Translations under genes and position numbers: made by a program
Notes under the pieces: model-generated
Database searches by the model: none
What the model was told of the DNA's origin: nothing
The model's input: the letters and a program-made list of their open reading frames with translations, nothing else
Origin: Nymphaea colorata
Lineage: Eukaryota
Direction of reading: 5' to 3'
Length of the DNA stretch: 64,000 nt
Assembly: GCF_008831285.2 (NCBI RefSeq)
Contig: NC_045138.2
Location: forward strand, 5,890,001-5,954,000
In this document: in pieces, positions 1-12,049 of the stretch
How the letters are laid out: each line of letters opens with the position of its first letter
How positions within the stretch are numbered: the stretch's first letter is position 1

Positions 1-1006
1 AAAGTGGACGTCATCCATATCTCCCATCCATTTCAAAGATTGAACTTGACATCATTTATATATTTTCATCATTTTGATAATTTTATGTCAAGCCTCAAGC
101 TTATGGACTATATCTGTAATTCATGTGCTTAATTATATAATGAGCACATAAAGAGAAAGTCCTACATTTTAATCATTCTTCATGCATAGATTGTATGACG
201 TGCAATATGAATTTTGAGAGATTATGAGAGAGTGAAGAATGTATGTTTCATATGAATGAATTTTGAGAGATTATGAGAGAGTGAAGAATGAATGTTTCAT
301 ATAGTTTCCCTTCTCGTTTCATGCATTCACTTTCACTCAAAATCAATAGCATCACATGCACATTCTCAAGAAATTAAGTTATTCAAATTTGAGTTGCAAA
401 AAGTGACCAAGTCATATTGCAATGAGAATTTGTAAACCTCACTTAACTTCAAAAAAAAACACAAGCAATGCATTCATAATCTTTTGGTCAAAGTGCATTT
501 GAAAAACAACATGTTTTCTAACAATTTGGAACCTATATTCTTTCAAAAGAATGAATTCTACAAATTACATGATTTGACAAAAGAAGAGTTCAAGATCAAA
601 TTTTATCATAAGATGATCATCATCATCTAGAGTTCACAACAAAGAACTCAATTCTAAATCTTCAAAATCCTCAAGAATTATGTGTTTCAAATAACACCAA
701 AACAAAGGTTTTTAAACCAACTTGAAAACCTCCAATATTCAAATTCATTGAAAAAATGAATTTCGGTTCTTGAATCCAAAAACCTCAATGCATAAGCATA
801 TAGGATTTGCATCAATAACTCGTATATGATCCAAATGATCCTTAGTCCTTGGTCTAATTACTCCTGTTAAAGGCGGCAGGAATGGTTGGACCTCGTACCG
901 ATGGGCGAATCCCTTTCTCTTGAAAACTTTCTCAAAACCCCAAATTCTAAAAGAATTTTGCTGACTCGCATTTTGACCTCCTTGAAAAAGGGGTGGGGTG
1001 CGAACA
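1..1006 (+). mobile_element. Distal part of an LTR (solo or 3' LTR) of the same Ogre-like family as 34762-59513, in the opposite orientation; truncated by the window start
   Basis: Reverse complement aligns along its length with 34762-~35770. Ends GGGGTGCGAACA at 1006 and is not followed by the PBS, so it is not a 5' LTR. Visibly more diverged than the two LTRs of the full element are from each other. Confidence 0.93.
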
Positions 1007-1128
1007 ATACTCGAGTTTATATTTAAGCTCGAGCTTGACTTGTATAAAAAGCGAGTCGAGCTCGAATCGAGTTTAGTCGAGTGAGTTGGATTCGAGCCTG
1101 AGTTGGCTTGACTCGTTTTGCAGCCCTA
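1007..1128. mobile_element. Half of an hAT-type MITE, interrupted by the LTR insertion
   Basis: Clustered CTCGAG/GAGCTCGA/CGAGT subterminal motifs ending in TTGCAGCCCTA (TAGGGCTGCAA-type terminus). Confidence 0.55.
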
Positions 1129-1129
1129 A

Positions 1130-1500
1130 GTGAGAGAGAGAGAGGGGGAGAGGGGAGAGAGAAATCAATGAAAGAGAAAAAGAAATCTTAAGAGAGAAAT
1201 TAAAGGGAAAGAGTGATTAATAAAAGAGGAAGAGAGGGAGATTTTGAGAGAAAAATCAAAGAGAGAGATGAAGTGAGATTAACTAAAGAAAGAGAGAAAA
1301 ATAAAGAGAGAAATTAAAAGAGACAAAGATATTTAAAGAAGAGAGACACATCGAAGAGGGAGATAGGGAGAACATTTATAAAAAAGAAAAAGAAAATTAA
1401 GAGTGAGGGAGAGCTAGAGACTGATAAAAGAGAGAGAATGAGAAGTTTTAAGAGAGAAATCCGTGGGAGAGATCGAAGAGAGAGAGACTAACAAATGAGA
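1130..1500. repeat. GA-rich degenerate array (same family as the CT-rich arrays)
   Basis: Recurring GAGAGAAAT, TTAATAAAAGAG and TTTTAAGAGAGA motifs. Confidence 0.8.
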
Positions 1501-4500
1501 GCCGATAAAATGAGAATATATAGCAAAATTTGGGGACAAGAAGTCCCCTATCTACAAAAACAAACCGCAAAAACAGAAGTAAAAGACGAAATATATAATA
1601 CAATGCACAGTGAAATAAAAGAGGTGTGAATAGAGAGGAAAGGTAGAGCGGAATAGTTACTCAGCCGTAGACTGACAGCGGCGCCTCAACCGAATGGCAA
1701 AATAGACATCCCCCTGCACAAGACGAGCCACCGAATCTGGCGAAGAGAAGGTGCCCCTGAAGACCCTGTTGTTGCGCTCCTCCCAAATGCGCCACCAAGT
1801 TGAAATGAGCCACAACCTCCAAACACGACCCCAGAAAGCAGACAGGTGAGGGGAAGGATAAAACAAGAAAAGAAGACAAATGGATGGTGGGTCTGGAAGA
1901 CTACTAACAAACGAAGGCCAGGTAGATGCAAAAACAATAGAGAAGAATAAGCAAGAAGTAAAAAAGTGGACCCGAGACTCAGCCGCGGCAAGACACAAGA
2001 GACACTAGTTAGCCAAACTGATTCCAAGGCACTGTAAGTGGTCAAAAGTATTGATGTGGCCAGTAAGTAAAAGCCAGACAAAAGCAATGACATGAGGAGA
2101 GGGGCCAGGGGACCAAAGAGAACGGGGTGGGAGCGACGCAACAGAATGACCAAAGGAAGCGAGGTGAAAAGAAGAAAAAGTGAACTCACAGGTAGGTGAA
2201 AGAGGCCAGGATGAGGATGTGAACGATGAAAGGTCAGCAAGGTAGAGGAAAAAAGGAATGGCAGAAAGCATGTCGCACCAAAAGTGAGAGGGAGAGGTGT
2301 GAGAGATAGAACTATTCCAAACACTAGGGGAAGACAGGTCGAATTTGGAGCAGATGAATAGGGTGATGGAAGAATACTCAGTTGCTAGACGCCACCCATT
2401 CTCCCAGTTGCCAAATGCCACCCCCTAGAACATAAAGAAGACTCACCAGCCCGATTAAGGTTGGTAACCCCAGCACCCCAAGTGGACGCGGAAATACAAC
2501 CATATCCCAACGTGCAAGGCGATCCGAAGGCCGATCACCATCCCAGATAAACTTACGAATAATCTTATCATACCTACTCAGAACAGCCACAGGAGGCCGA
2601 AGACAGCCAGAGCATGGAGGGCGACAGACGCAAGATAGTGCTTAGCAAGAGTAATACGACCTGAGAGAGAAAGCAGTTTTTCCTACCAACACTAAAGACG
2701 ATCAACAAGTTTTTGCTCTACTCCACTCCAAAAGGAGGGTGCAGGAGGCGACAACGTAATCTGGAGCCCCAAGTAATCCATGGACAGACCAGTTGCCTTA
2801 CACCCAAAGCATGCTTCAGCGAGAAGCATCGTAGTTGGATCCGCGTGAGTGAGGGAAATGTGACATTTAGTGGAATTAATAGAAAGACTCGAAATGAGCT
2901 CAAAAATCCGAAGGATGAGCCAAGTTCTCACAATCTGTTGGCGGGAAGCATTGTCAAACAGGAGAAAATCGTCAGCATACTAAAGGGTAAAGAAAGTCTG
3001 AAGGTGGGGGAGTGAATGCGGTGTGAGGAAGTCAACGACCGTTGCGTGATGAAATAAAACAGAAAAGCTCTTAGCAACCAAGTTGAAAAGCGGGCGATAA
3101 CGGACAACCCTGATGGAGGCCACGCTCGAGACTGAAGAAATCGCCACACTTTTCATTGAAGGAGACCGCAAGCTGGGCCCCAGTGACCAACGAAATGATC
3201 CACTGTCTAAATGACGGACCAAAAGCAAAACGGGTGAGGATGTGAGAAAGGAAATTCCAACTAACCGAGTCAAAGGCCTTAGAGATGTCCAATTTAAGGA
3301 TGAAGGAAGGAAGCCGCAGACTGCAGAGGGAGTGAACAACCTCATTGGCTAGGACAACAACATCCTGCAATCGCCGATCCTTGATGAAAACAATCTGAAA
3401 GGGGTTAATAATAGAAGACACGACTAGCGCAAGCTGCAAAGAGAGCAACTTAACAATAATCTTGTAAGGCGTGCCTAAGATGGAGATCGGACGAAAGTGG
3501 GTGACGTCCATAGGGTTAGGGCGCTTAGGCACTAAGACACAGGTAGCTTGGTTAAATTCCTTAAGACATATGAAACTAGAGGCAAACTCATCACAAAACG
3601 CAAACACATCAACGCTACAAGTCTCCCAAAATGTAAGAAAAAATTCGATAGGGAAACCATCAACGCCGGGCGCCTTACCAGAGCCAAGGGCCCAAGCAGC
3701 GTTCTTGATCTCTTGATGCAGAAAGGGCCGCTCAAGAGAAATCGCACACGAGATAGAGAGGGAGAAGAGGTGAAAATCCGGTAGCAGGACACGAAAGCAA
3801 AGAGGCTTAGAGTAGAAATCCCTAAAATGAGCGGTCAAAGCCGGAAGAATGTCATCACCAAGAAAAACCCTGTGCCCAATAAGCATGGACTGGAGCAACA
3901 TCTGACGGCGCATTTGAGAGGCGGCCAAGTGGAAGAATCTAGAATTCTAGTCTCTATACGCAAGCCGACCCAGCCTAAAACACTGCTGCCAGTGAATGGA
4001 CTCTCTAATCCGCCACTCCTGGGCAATACACTGGAGACAAAGGAGACAAGAAGATTGGTCCGCAGAAATATGGTCAGAAGATTGGAGGGATAGGATCTCC
4101 TCATCTCAAACGGACACCTCAGAAAATTTGCCGCTCCAGAAAATACGTTTCCAGGCAAAGACCTCCCTCCTGATGGAGTGCAACTTCCGCGAGGGCCTGA
4201 AAGCGGCCCACCTACCATTGAGGGTGTGAGCCCACCAATTAGGGACAGCCACAAATGATTCATCTCGGAGCCACCAAAGCTCAGAACGAAACCTGGCGTG
4301 CCAGGTACCAGCCGTACCCCGAAGAAGGAAAAGGAGCAGCGGAGCATAATCAGACAAGTGCCTTGGTCCAAGAACCAAGGAGGACGAAGAAAAAATAGAG
4401 AACAATTAAGGCAAGAGAAAGATATGGTCCAACCTACGAAGAATAGGAGGATTCCAATTGTTGAACCAAGTAAACATACCATTATTCAGAGGCACGTCAA

Positions 4501-4950
4501 AAAGACCGAACTCATCAACAAACGAACGAAAAGCAGACATAGATGGACTAGAAGTGATAGGGGAGGACGAGTCAGTAGGGCTAAGCAAACAATTGAAGTC
4601 TCCTGCCAACAGCCAAGGTGAAGCAACAAGCTGACGAACATGATGCAAATCAGCCCATAGCTAGTCACGCAAAGCCCCAACGCAAGGGCCATAAACCGCA
4701 GTAACTAAGACCGGGCCATTGGGCCAGAGACCATTAAGAGAAGTTGAGATAGAGTATCTACCAACATGCACAACAACCCCGTAAGAGGTGGAGACCAAGC
4801 CAGCAAGATGCCGCCAGTGACACCATTAGCCGGCAGGAACCCGAAGGACGGTTGACGAATACAAGCATGGTGGTGAAACGACGAATCACGGAGAGAGTCG
4901 CCCGCCCCTTCCCCATCCACCCCCTTATCGTTCACCTCTGAGCTTAACAC
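1500..4950 (-). mobile_element. Degenerate L1-like LINE, ORF2 (APE endonuclease, reverse transcriptase, C-terminal region), 5'-truncated and frameshifted
   Basis: Peptides in shifting frames: PWLLAGDFNCLL, FTWFN..RRLDH, SDYAPL (endonuclease); KAPGVDGF, FRPISILGTPYKIIVKLL, KLDISKAFDSVSW, RGLHQGCPLSP (RT); DYLGL; IRKFIW; WWRIWEERNNRVF (C-terminus). Confidence 0.92.
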
Positions 4951-6049
4951 CGTACAGTTGAGGTCGAGAGATCGAGAGAGAGAGAGAGAGAGAGAGAGTG
5001 ACGCTTCACATGGGGAGCTATAAATGCGATCGTCGACCTGCTCCTATTGTTGTTCGTCTCTTTTCCTCTCTCTCTTTTGTCAGGGAGATTGGGGAGGACT
5101 GGTCTAAAAAGTGTCCTTCGGTTGTCGTCTCTTGCTTTGCTCTGTTGGAAGTGGTGGTGGTGCTGGGTTGCTCTCCCTTCGTGGTGCTATTGGTTAATTG
5201 GAAAGTAATCGCGTAATCGGAAGTAGAGAGATGGCAGAGGACGAGGTGAGCAGCGGTAGGACATCGCGGAGGGTTATCCTCATCTCCGCCGGTGCCAGCC
5301 ACTCCGTTGTTCTCCTTAGTAATCTCTCTCTTTCCTCTCTCTGTCTATTTATCTCTCTCTTCGACGTAGTAGTGTCTGTGCTTGTGCTTATTACTGGTTT
5401 TAATTTAATTGGATACTAAAGGAGTAGAACTGAGGAATGTGTAGAACTTTCTTATTTTGCCTTCTGTTTAATTGCTACCACGGAGGGAGTATGCTCGTTT
5501 GAGGTGGTTGCAGGTTCATCTCTAGTTCTAATGATCTCGTTGTGTTGATCGTCTGTTTTGGCCTATACGACCTGGAATATTTCTGAAATTTGATTATATT
5601 GAACAGTCCTGATTGTGAGGGAGGGAAGGGGATTGTAGATGGGTAGCATTTCCTGACAACATCTGGTCTGCAGATAACGTGTGTTTTAGCTGTTGATGGG
5701 TTGACAAATTCTATCTTACAATAGCTATCTATCGTGCTTGGCTTGTTTCACTGTTCAGCATTTGTAATGGGTTCAATTTGTGACCAAGTTCAGATTCTAT
5801 CTCATAAATATGACGCTACATTTGAAATTTTAAATGTCTAAAAGTTTACGTTTCCATTAGATTTTCACAGTATAAAACATCCATTTCTAAACTGTACATC
5901 TAAAAACACACATGACGATCTAAAGGAAGAAGCTTAGGATGCTCCGTGTTTGATGAGTTTAAGAAGTTTAAAGCCCAGGATTTGCATTGGAAGCCTTGAC
6001 AGATCTACCTGCTATGGATGCTCGAAGTTTAATTAGTTAGGATGCTCCG

Positions 6050-7380
6050 TGTTTTATCTCTCTTTATCTATCTCTCTTTTTTTTTTAATTTCATTCTCTC
6101 TCTTTTATTCTCCTTTTTTCTCACTTTGATTTCTTTCTCTTTTATTATTCTTCCTCTTCCTTTGGCTTTGTGATTTTGCTCTTTCTTTCTCTTTCGCTCT
6201 CCCTCTCTACGATTTCTCTCTTCAAATATATTTTTCTCTCTCTTTAATTAACTTTTTCTCATTTTGATTCTCTCTCTCTCTCCCTCTCCTTTTTCGATTG
6301 CTCCTTCAAAATCTCTTTTTTCTCTAGTTTATATATTAATCTTTGTGTATCTCTCATTGATTTGTTTCTTAAAATCTTTTTTTTCTCTGCTTTTATTAAT
6401 GGCTCTCTCTCTTTCTCTAATTTCTGTCTTACAATGTCTATTTTTCTTTCTTTTATTAGTCCATTTCTCTTTGATCTCCCTCACTCTTTCAATATTTCTT
6501 TCTCTCTCTTTATTTTTTTTCTTAAAATACTTTTTTATTTTTTTATTATTATTTTTCTCTCTCTCTCTTTCGAGTTTCTCTTTTAAAATCTCTTTCTCTT
6601 TTCCTCTCTCTCTTTTATTCACCTCTCTTTCACTTTTTTGTTTTCTCTCCCCAATTTTCTTTTTTCTTTCTTTTTTATTGATCTCTATCTCTCCCTCTCT
6701 TTGATTTCTCTCTTAAATTTTTTTTCTGTTTCATCAATCTCTCTCTCTCTCGCCAACTTCTCTGTTAAAATGTTGCTTTTTTGCTCTTTTATGAATCCCT
6801 CTTTCTCTCTTTATTTTCCCCTTTAACATCTTTTCTTCTTTCTACACTTAATATCTCTCCTAATCTCTCTTTCTCTCTCTCTTAAAATCCCTTTCTATCT
6901 CTTTATCAATTCTATCCCTTCAATTTCTCTCTCTCTCTTGAATCTATCTCTATCTTCTACTTCTCTCCTAAAATGTTTTTTCTGCCTTTTATTAATCTCT
7001 CTCTCTCTTTGATTTTTCTCTTCAAATCTCTATTTTATTAATCTCAATTAAAATCGCACTTTCTCTCTATTTTATTAATCTATCTCTCCCTCTCTCTTTC
7101 TCTCTGGATGATTTCTCTCTTAAAATATTTATTTCTCACATTTTTAGTTTTAAATCACTTTAACCACATCCTCTATCTTCATTTTCTTGATATCTATATA
7201 TTAATTATTTTATTTAGTATCTCAAAAGAGTATTTTTCTTGAAAGGTACAACATCAATAGGATTGAAGTACAACAAAAGTAAGAAAAGAGCTATTTTCAT
7301 CAACTTCTTATAGAGTAGACGAATCTTCCTAACAATTCGGGCTTCTCCCCCATACTCAAAGATCGGAAGGGCATATTTTC
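6050..7380 (+). repeat. CT-rich degenerate array plus conserved ~230-bp tail (copy 1)
   Basis: Units resembling CTCTCTTTTATTAATCTCTCTCTCTTTGATTTCTCTCTTAAAAT. The tail at 7150-7380 (TTTAACCACAT...CAACTTCTT...GGAAGGG) recurs at 9890-10110 and 15290-15510, and inverted at 29470-29580 and 31890-32110. Confidence 0.8.
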
Positions 7381-7979
7381 ATAATTTTTAAAATAGGAAA
7401 AAAATTTCTTTAATGTTTACACATAAATTAAAAAGTTTCCTATATTTGTATATATTGATAACTTTAAGCTGGTTCAAAATTGTTTGGAAATAAGCCCTAA
7501 CAAAGGTCTTGGAGACTTATCTTGGGCTTTTCAATGAACACTAGTTCCTCTCTAACCTACATAAAAAATGATAAAATTGGTAAATATCTAAAATTAGTTT
7601 TTAAACTTACAATTTTAGTTTCAACAAAAAATCAAGATATCTTCATTAAAGCAAACCTCTTGTTTGCATCCCAAAAATTTTTATTGGTTTTGGAGTGCTC
7701 AAGAAAAATGAGGTTTGGTTGTGAAATAAGAAAGAAAGAGACTCGACCGTCGGTATGATGATTGACCGTTGCTGGTGCCTTTACCGGTGGTAATCAACCC
7801 TGAAAGAGATGCAGCTCGGTTCAATTTAAGAAGATAAAGTAGGCTTCCTATAATTGCTTAAGGAATGAGGGACTGTAGGCGAAAATTTTATTACAAAACA
7901 CGTGACAGAATAGGCGTCACCATTTTAAATAAAAATTGCACAAAAATTCACTTCACTTAGTATAAAAGCCCATATTCTT

Positions 7980-8800
7980 GAACTGATTGATCACCCCTCA
8001 CAGGCGTTAATGGCCATAAGAACCTAAGAATTTGTAAAGGCACTGTTGGAGTTTGTTCACACATAAGGGGGTGAAGGAGACCAAGGGAAAATTGACATCA
8101 TTTTTGCGCAACCTTGTCAGATTCTTATTGCATAATAATGGGTCTATTCGGTTCAACATTCTCCATTTGTACATAGTGAATGTATAGGACCTAATTTCTC
8201 TGACCAATTATTTTCAGTTTTTGTTAATGTTCAGAGTTGTTGTTGTGGCCTCTTTCTACTACTATACACATTGGGAAATATGTGTGAAAGTCCAGCCTTC
8301 AATTTGATTTTCATGATGCTACTTCTCGGGACAGCAAAGTGATGGCATACACTACATTTTAAGTTCAAAGGAGTAACAGAAGACCTTTGAGGTAGAGGGA
8401 AGGGTGAAAGGCTTCTATTTAAGTTAAAAGTTGTTGTTCATTGCTTTGGCAAGATTGCAATTCATCTTCTTGAAGCTCAATCACCCACTTGTCATACCAT
8501 CAAAAATATTTTTTCCAGTGTCTTCATTCTTCTATAATGACGGTGTGGAAATCTTGGATGTTAGTAGCTAGTCCTGATATTTGTTATGTTTTGCGTGCAA
8601 TTAGCTCTTAGTCACCTTCTCGTGCTTCTGGCTCTCAAGGTAACCTGCCAAAAAATAAATTAAATCATGGGCCAATTTCAAGTTCTGCTAATTGACAAGT
8701 TGGAGCAGGTTACTCCAAGTGATGTCTGCCATGTGCACAAACTTAAAATTAACCTTCAACCTAAGAGTCCTATGGCTAAGTTTAAATCTTTTGTGGATTA
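7980..8800. repeat. Locally repeated low-copy module of unknown origin (copy 1)
   Basis: 7980-8400 aligns with 22150-22640; 8270-8800 aligns with 13645-14235. Shared strings include GAATTTGTAAAG, GATTCTTATTGCATA, GTTAAAAGTTGTTGTTCATTGCTTTGGC and CTCTCAAGGTAAC. Confidence 0.8.
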
Positions 8801-9114
8801 TCTCCCTTTGATTTCTTTCTTATAATCTTTCTCCTCTTTTATTAATATTCCTTGCCATTTCTAATCATTATTTTCTCCCTGTCTCTCTCTTTTTGATTTT
8901 TCTCTTAAAATCTCACTTTCTCTCTCTTTTATTAATAGATTTCTTTTTCAATTTCTCCCTCTCTACCTCTCTCTTTCCTTCTATGTCTATCTCTTTCTTC
9001 CATTTCTCCTTCAAAAATTTTATCTCTTTTATATATTAATATATGTTTATCTCTCTTTGATTTATCTCTTAAATGTCTTTTTCTCTATCCTTTATTAATT
9101 TCTCTCTCTCTTTG

Positions 9115-9167
<53 letters not shown>

Positions 9168-10110
9168 CCTTTTCTCTCTCTTTTATTAATCCTTAAACCA
9201 GGGCATCCGCTGGCCCAGGTGCAGGCCCAGGTCCACCGGCATGGGTCAGGCCGATGGGGGGCCCGATTCGGCCCGACAAATTTTAAACATTATTTTTATT
9301 ATATTAATAATATATTATAAATTTATTTTGATACTTTAAAAATATTTTTTTATTGTAACCGGACCCGGCTCTTATTGGGCCAGCCCGGACCCAGCTCTTA
9401 TCGGACCGGGCTGGGCCGGCCCGATGCCCAGGTCTATTAATCCCTCTCTTTGTCTTTCTTTCGATTTTTTTTTTAAATATATATTTTCCTCTCTCTCTCT
9501 TCAATTTGTCTTTTAAAATTTCTCTTTCTCTCTCTTTGTTAACCAATCTTTCTCTTTTTGGTTTCTCTCTCTGGTTTCTCTTTTAAAATCTATTTTTTTC
9601 CTCTCTTTTGTTGATCTCTATCCTTTATCAATCTCCATCTCTCTTATCTTTTCAATTTTTTTCTGGCTCTTTTATTTGCCTCTTAAAGTATTTTTTTTCT
9701 CTTTTTCATTAATATCTCTCTCTCTTTTTGATTTTTTTCTTAAGATACATTTTTCTGTCTCTTTTATTAATCTCTATCTTTGATTTCTTTCTTAAAATCT
9801 TTCTTTTTATCTCTTTTATTAATATCTCCCATCTCTCTTGCTCTTCAATTTCTCTTTTAAAATTTCTGGTAGTTGCTCTTTTATTTTTAAACCAAAACTT
9901 TAACCACATTCTTTTCTTCATTCTCTTGATAATCACCTATTGACCATTTTATTCGTGTCTCGAAGGTGTATTTTCCTTGAAAAGTACATCATCAATAGGA
10001 TTGAAATACAATAAGAGAATGAGAAGAGCTATTTTCATCCACTTCTTCTAGTGCACAATATTCTTGCTCATAGTCTAAGCCCATACAAAACGATGGGAAG
10101 GGCTTTCTCC
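8800..10110 (+). repeat. CT-rich array plus conserved tail (copy 2), containing an (AT)n tract and a MITE
   Basis: Same motifs as 6050-7380; (AT)n at ~9117-9160. Confidence 0.8.
9194..9436. mobile_element. hAT-type MITE
   Basis: Imperfect TIRs TAAACCAGGGCATC / GATGCCCAGGTCTA; 8-bp TSD TTAATCCT (9186-9193) / TTAATCCC (9437-9444); GGCCC-rich subtermini and an AT-rich core. Confidence 0.85.
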
Positions 10111-10210
10111 CCGTTTGCTGGGCGGGTGAAATTTAACGCGGTATTACCATGAAAAATTTTTTTAGAAAAATTTACAGGATGAAATTTCCCCCTCTTCCAA
10201 TCTGAAACTC

Positions 10211-10330
10211 TGTTTGATGCACAGGAAGAATTTACCGTGGTAAATTTAACCTTGTCTGATGCACAAGAAAAATTAAACATGGTAAATTTAATCATGTTTG
10301 ATGCACATGAAGAATTTAACGTGGTAAATG
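10211..10330. repeat. 42-bp tandem repeat, about 3 copies, probably the subterminal region of a MITE
   Basis: TGTTTGATGCACAGGAAGAATTTACCGTGGTAAATTTAACCT-like units start at 10211, 10253 and 10295. Confidence 0.8.
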
Positions 10331-10399
10331 TTGTTTTTTTTGTGTCTTCTCCTCTCCAAATTTAGCTGCCTCTGCCCTTGCTCTTCATCAAAGTATGAT

Positions 10400-10775
10400 T
10401 TCTTCTCCAAAAGAAAGCCGACTCTTGTGATGTATCGAATTTTTGGCCTTTACCAATCATTTGGGTCCCAAAAAGATCATTTGCAAGGTCATAGCTAACT
10501 TGTTGAAGCAGCTCATGCCTCACCTGGTGTCATCTTCCTAGCTTCTTTTTTTTTTTTTTAATTCCTCACTGCTGCCTGCGCTGTGAATTCATTTTTGTTT
10601 CTGAATTAGCTCATTCTTTGGCTTCTTGCAGCTACCCACTTTACATGTTCCGAAAAAGCTGTTGCACTCGTTTCCATCAAAATTTGGAGGACTGGAGAGA
10701 CCTTACGTTCCCTTGATGGAGAATGTTAAGCAATTCCCTTTCACCATTTGTCTTTGTGTTTACTTGTGAACCAGC
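10400..10775 (+). mobile_element. Highly decayed LINE reverse-transcriptase fragment
   Basis: Hand translation gives DVSNFWPL, KIICKVIANLLKQLMPHLVS and NSLSPFVF, matching the FRPISL, KIIAKVLANRL and QGDPLSPFLF blocks of plant LINE RT. Confidence 0.6.
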
Positions 10776-11700
10776 AATTGGACCGTCTACCAAAATACCA
10801 CACAACCACATGTGCCAAATCTCCCAGGACGACAGGGCAACTTGCACTTAAAAAAACCTAGGCATTACCGACAACCGGAACATGTGGGTCACTATTCAAG
10901 CTACAGTAGGCAGCTATTTGGGTTTAATTGTCAAAATTCAGAATCAGAAAAAAACATTTTGCCTAGATCACTAACTAACACAACAATTTTCATTTGCAGA
11001 ATAATATCTTAAGACAAGTGCACAAGTTTTCTAGGTCGATTCAAGAAGATATAACAGCAGGATTAACATCATGGAGTTCTCCATGAGAACCATAAGGACC
11101 ATCTGTTATCATTCTTTCCAAAAGAGGCCTAGAATGACAACAATCTACTCATTTTATTCAACCGTAACCACCACTGTGGTGCATCATCCGGACTCGAGAA
11201 GGTTTGACAACTTCAACCTTGAACCATGCAATACAACACTCGTTATATGTACAGGGGAACCAACATTTTATTTATAATTTGGTAAAAGTATAAAGGTAAC
11301 AAAGCCAGAAAATTCCCGACCTTTCAAGAAATGCCGCTTGCTCAACATTTTCTTTACAGTTTGGCTACGATATACTCATCTCTACAGACTGTAAAATTTT
11401 TACATGTACCTCAAGGTGACTTGAGCATCAATATCTGCAATTACTAATCCTAAGAATCGGCATCACCACAGCCATTTACTTGAATTACAGTTAAGGGATT
11501 ACAAGATATACACAACAGGAAGATTATTAAGCTGGCCTACCATTTATACAATTAACCTCTGCATCTATTGCCTCTCATTTTCAATCTACCAAAAAGACAA
11601 ATGAAGATGGGAAGGAGAACAAAACAAACATGGACTGGTTTCCAATTACGCCAGCCATGTTAGCTGTACAAGGTCTCCTCATCCTCTGTTTTCAAGGTGC

Positions 11701-11933
11701 TTAGGAAGTAGATGCCCCCATGCGCCTCTCTGTTACATACAGAATGAACATCAACAACTGCTAAAAGAAAAGAGCATAACTGTTAAGGGTGTTTTGCAAC
11801 TTTTTCTACCTCCATTAGCTATGAGCTTCTCCACACGAGCAACAATGTGCTTTCCATAAGTATATCGCTTCAGAGCATTCAAGTGCACCTTGATTCGTGA
11901 CAGAATGAATTCACGTTGTTGGTCATCACAAGT
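11701..11933 (-). pseudogene. 3' fragment of a Pumilio/PUF RNA-binding protein gene (APUM1-6 type): end of the penultimate exon, last intron and last coding exon
   Basis: 11933-11810 translates [41 protein letters not shown]. An 80-bp GT..AG intron (11809-11730) follows, then (E)RRMGASTS* with the stop at 11701-11703. This is the characteristic C-terminus of the plant Pumilio homology domain. No upstream Pumilio exons are visible. Confidence 0.88.
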
Positions 11934-12010
11934 AGAAAGTCTTCAACTTATTAGATCCATGTACCTTCAATGACTTGAGAGCAGGCATGTCAGCGAGGGT
12001 CTTCAGCCTC
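11934..12010 (-). pseudogene. Fragment of an NLR LRR repeat unit related to the 17209-21009 gene
   Basis: Translates [23 protein letters not shown]; compare LKTLANMPALESL and MPALRSLRVYECKLKT in the intact gene. Confidence 0.8.
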
Positions 12011-12049
12011 ATCACACATATTTCACACATATCTTCTAATACCATTATT

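Noticed and set aside
4998..5419. Possible first exon of a gene (ATGGCAGAGGACGAG|GTGAGC at 5231)
   Set aside because: No downstream exons identifiable; the short ORFs are uninformative.
6264..6826. Hydrophobic F/L/S-rich and K/R/E-rich ORFs here and in the other CT/GA arrays (e.g. 9709-9943, 14227-16023, 32148-33587)
   Set aside because: Products of low-complexity DNA lacking stops; no domain motifs.
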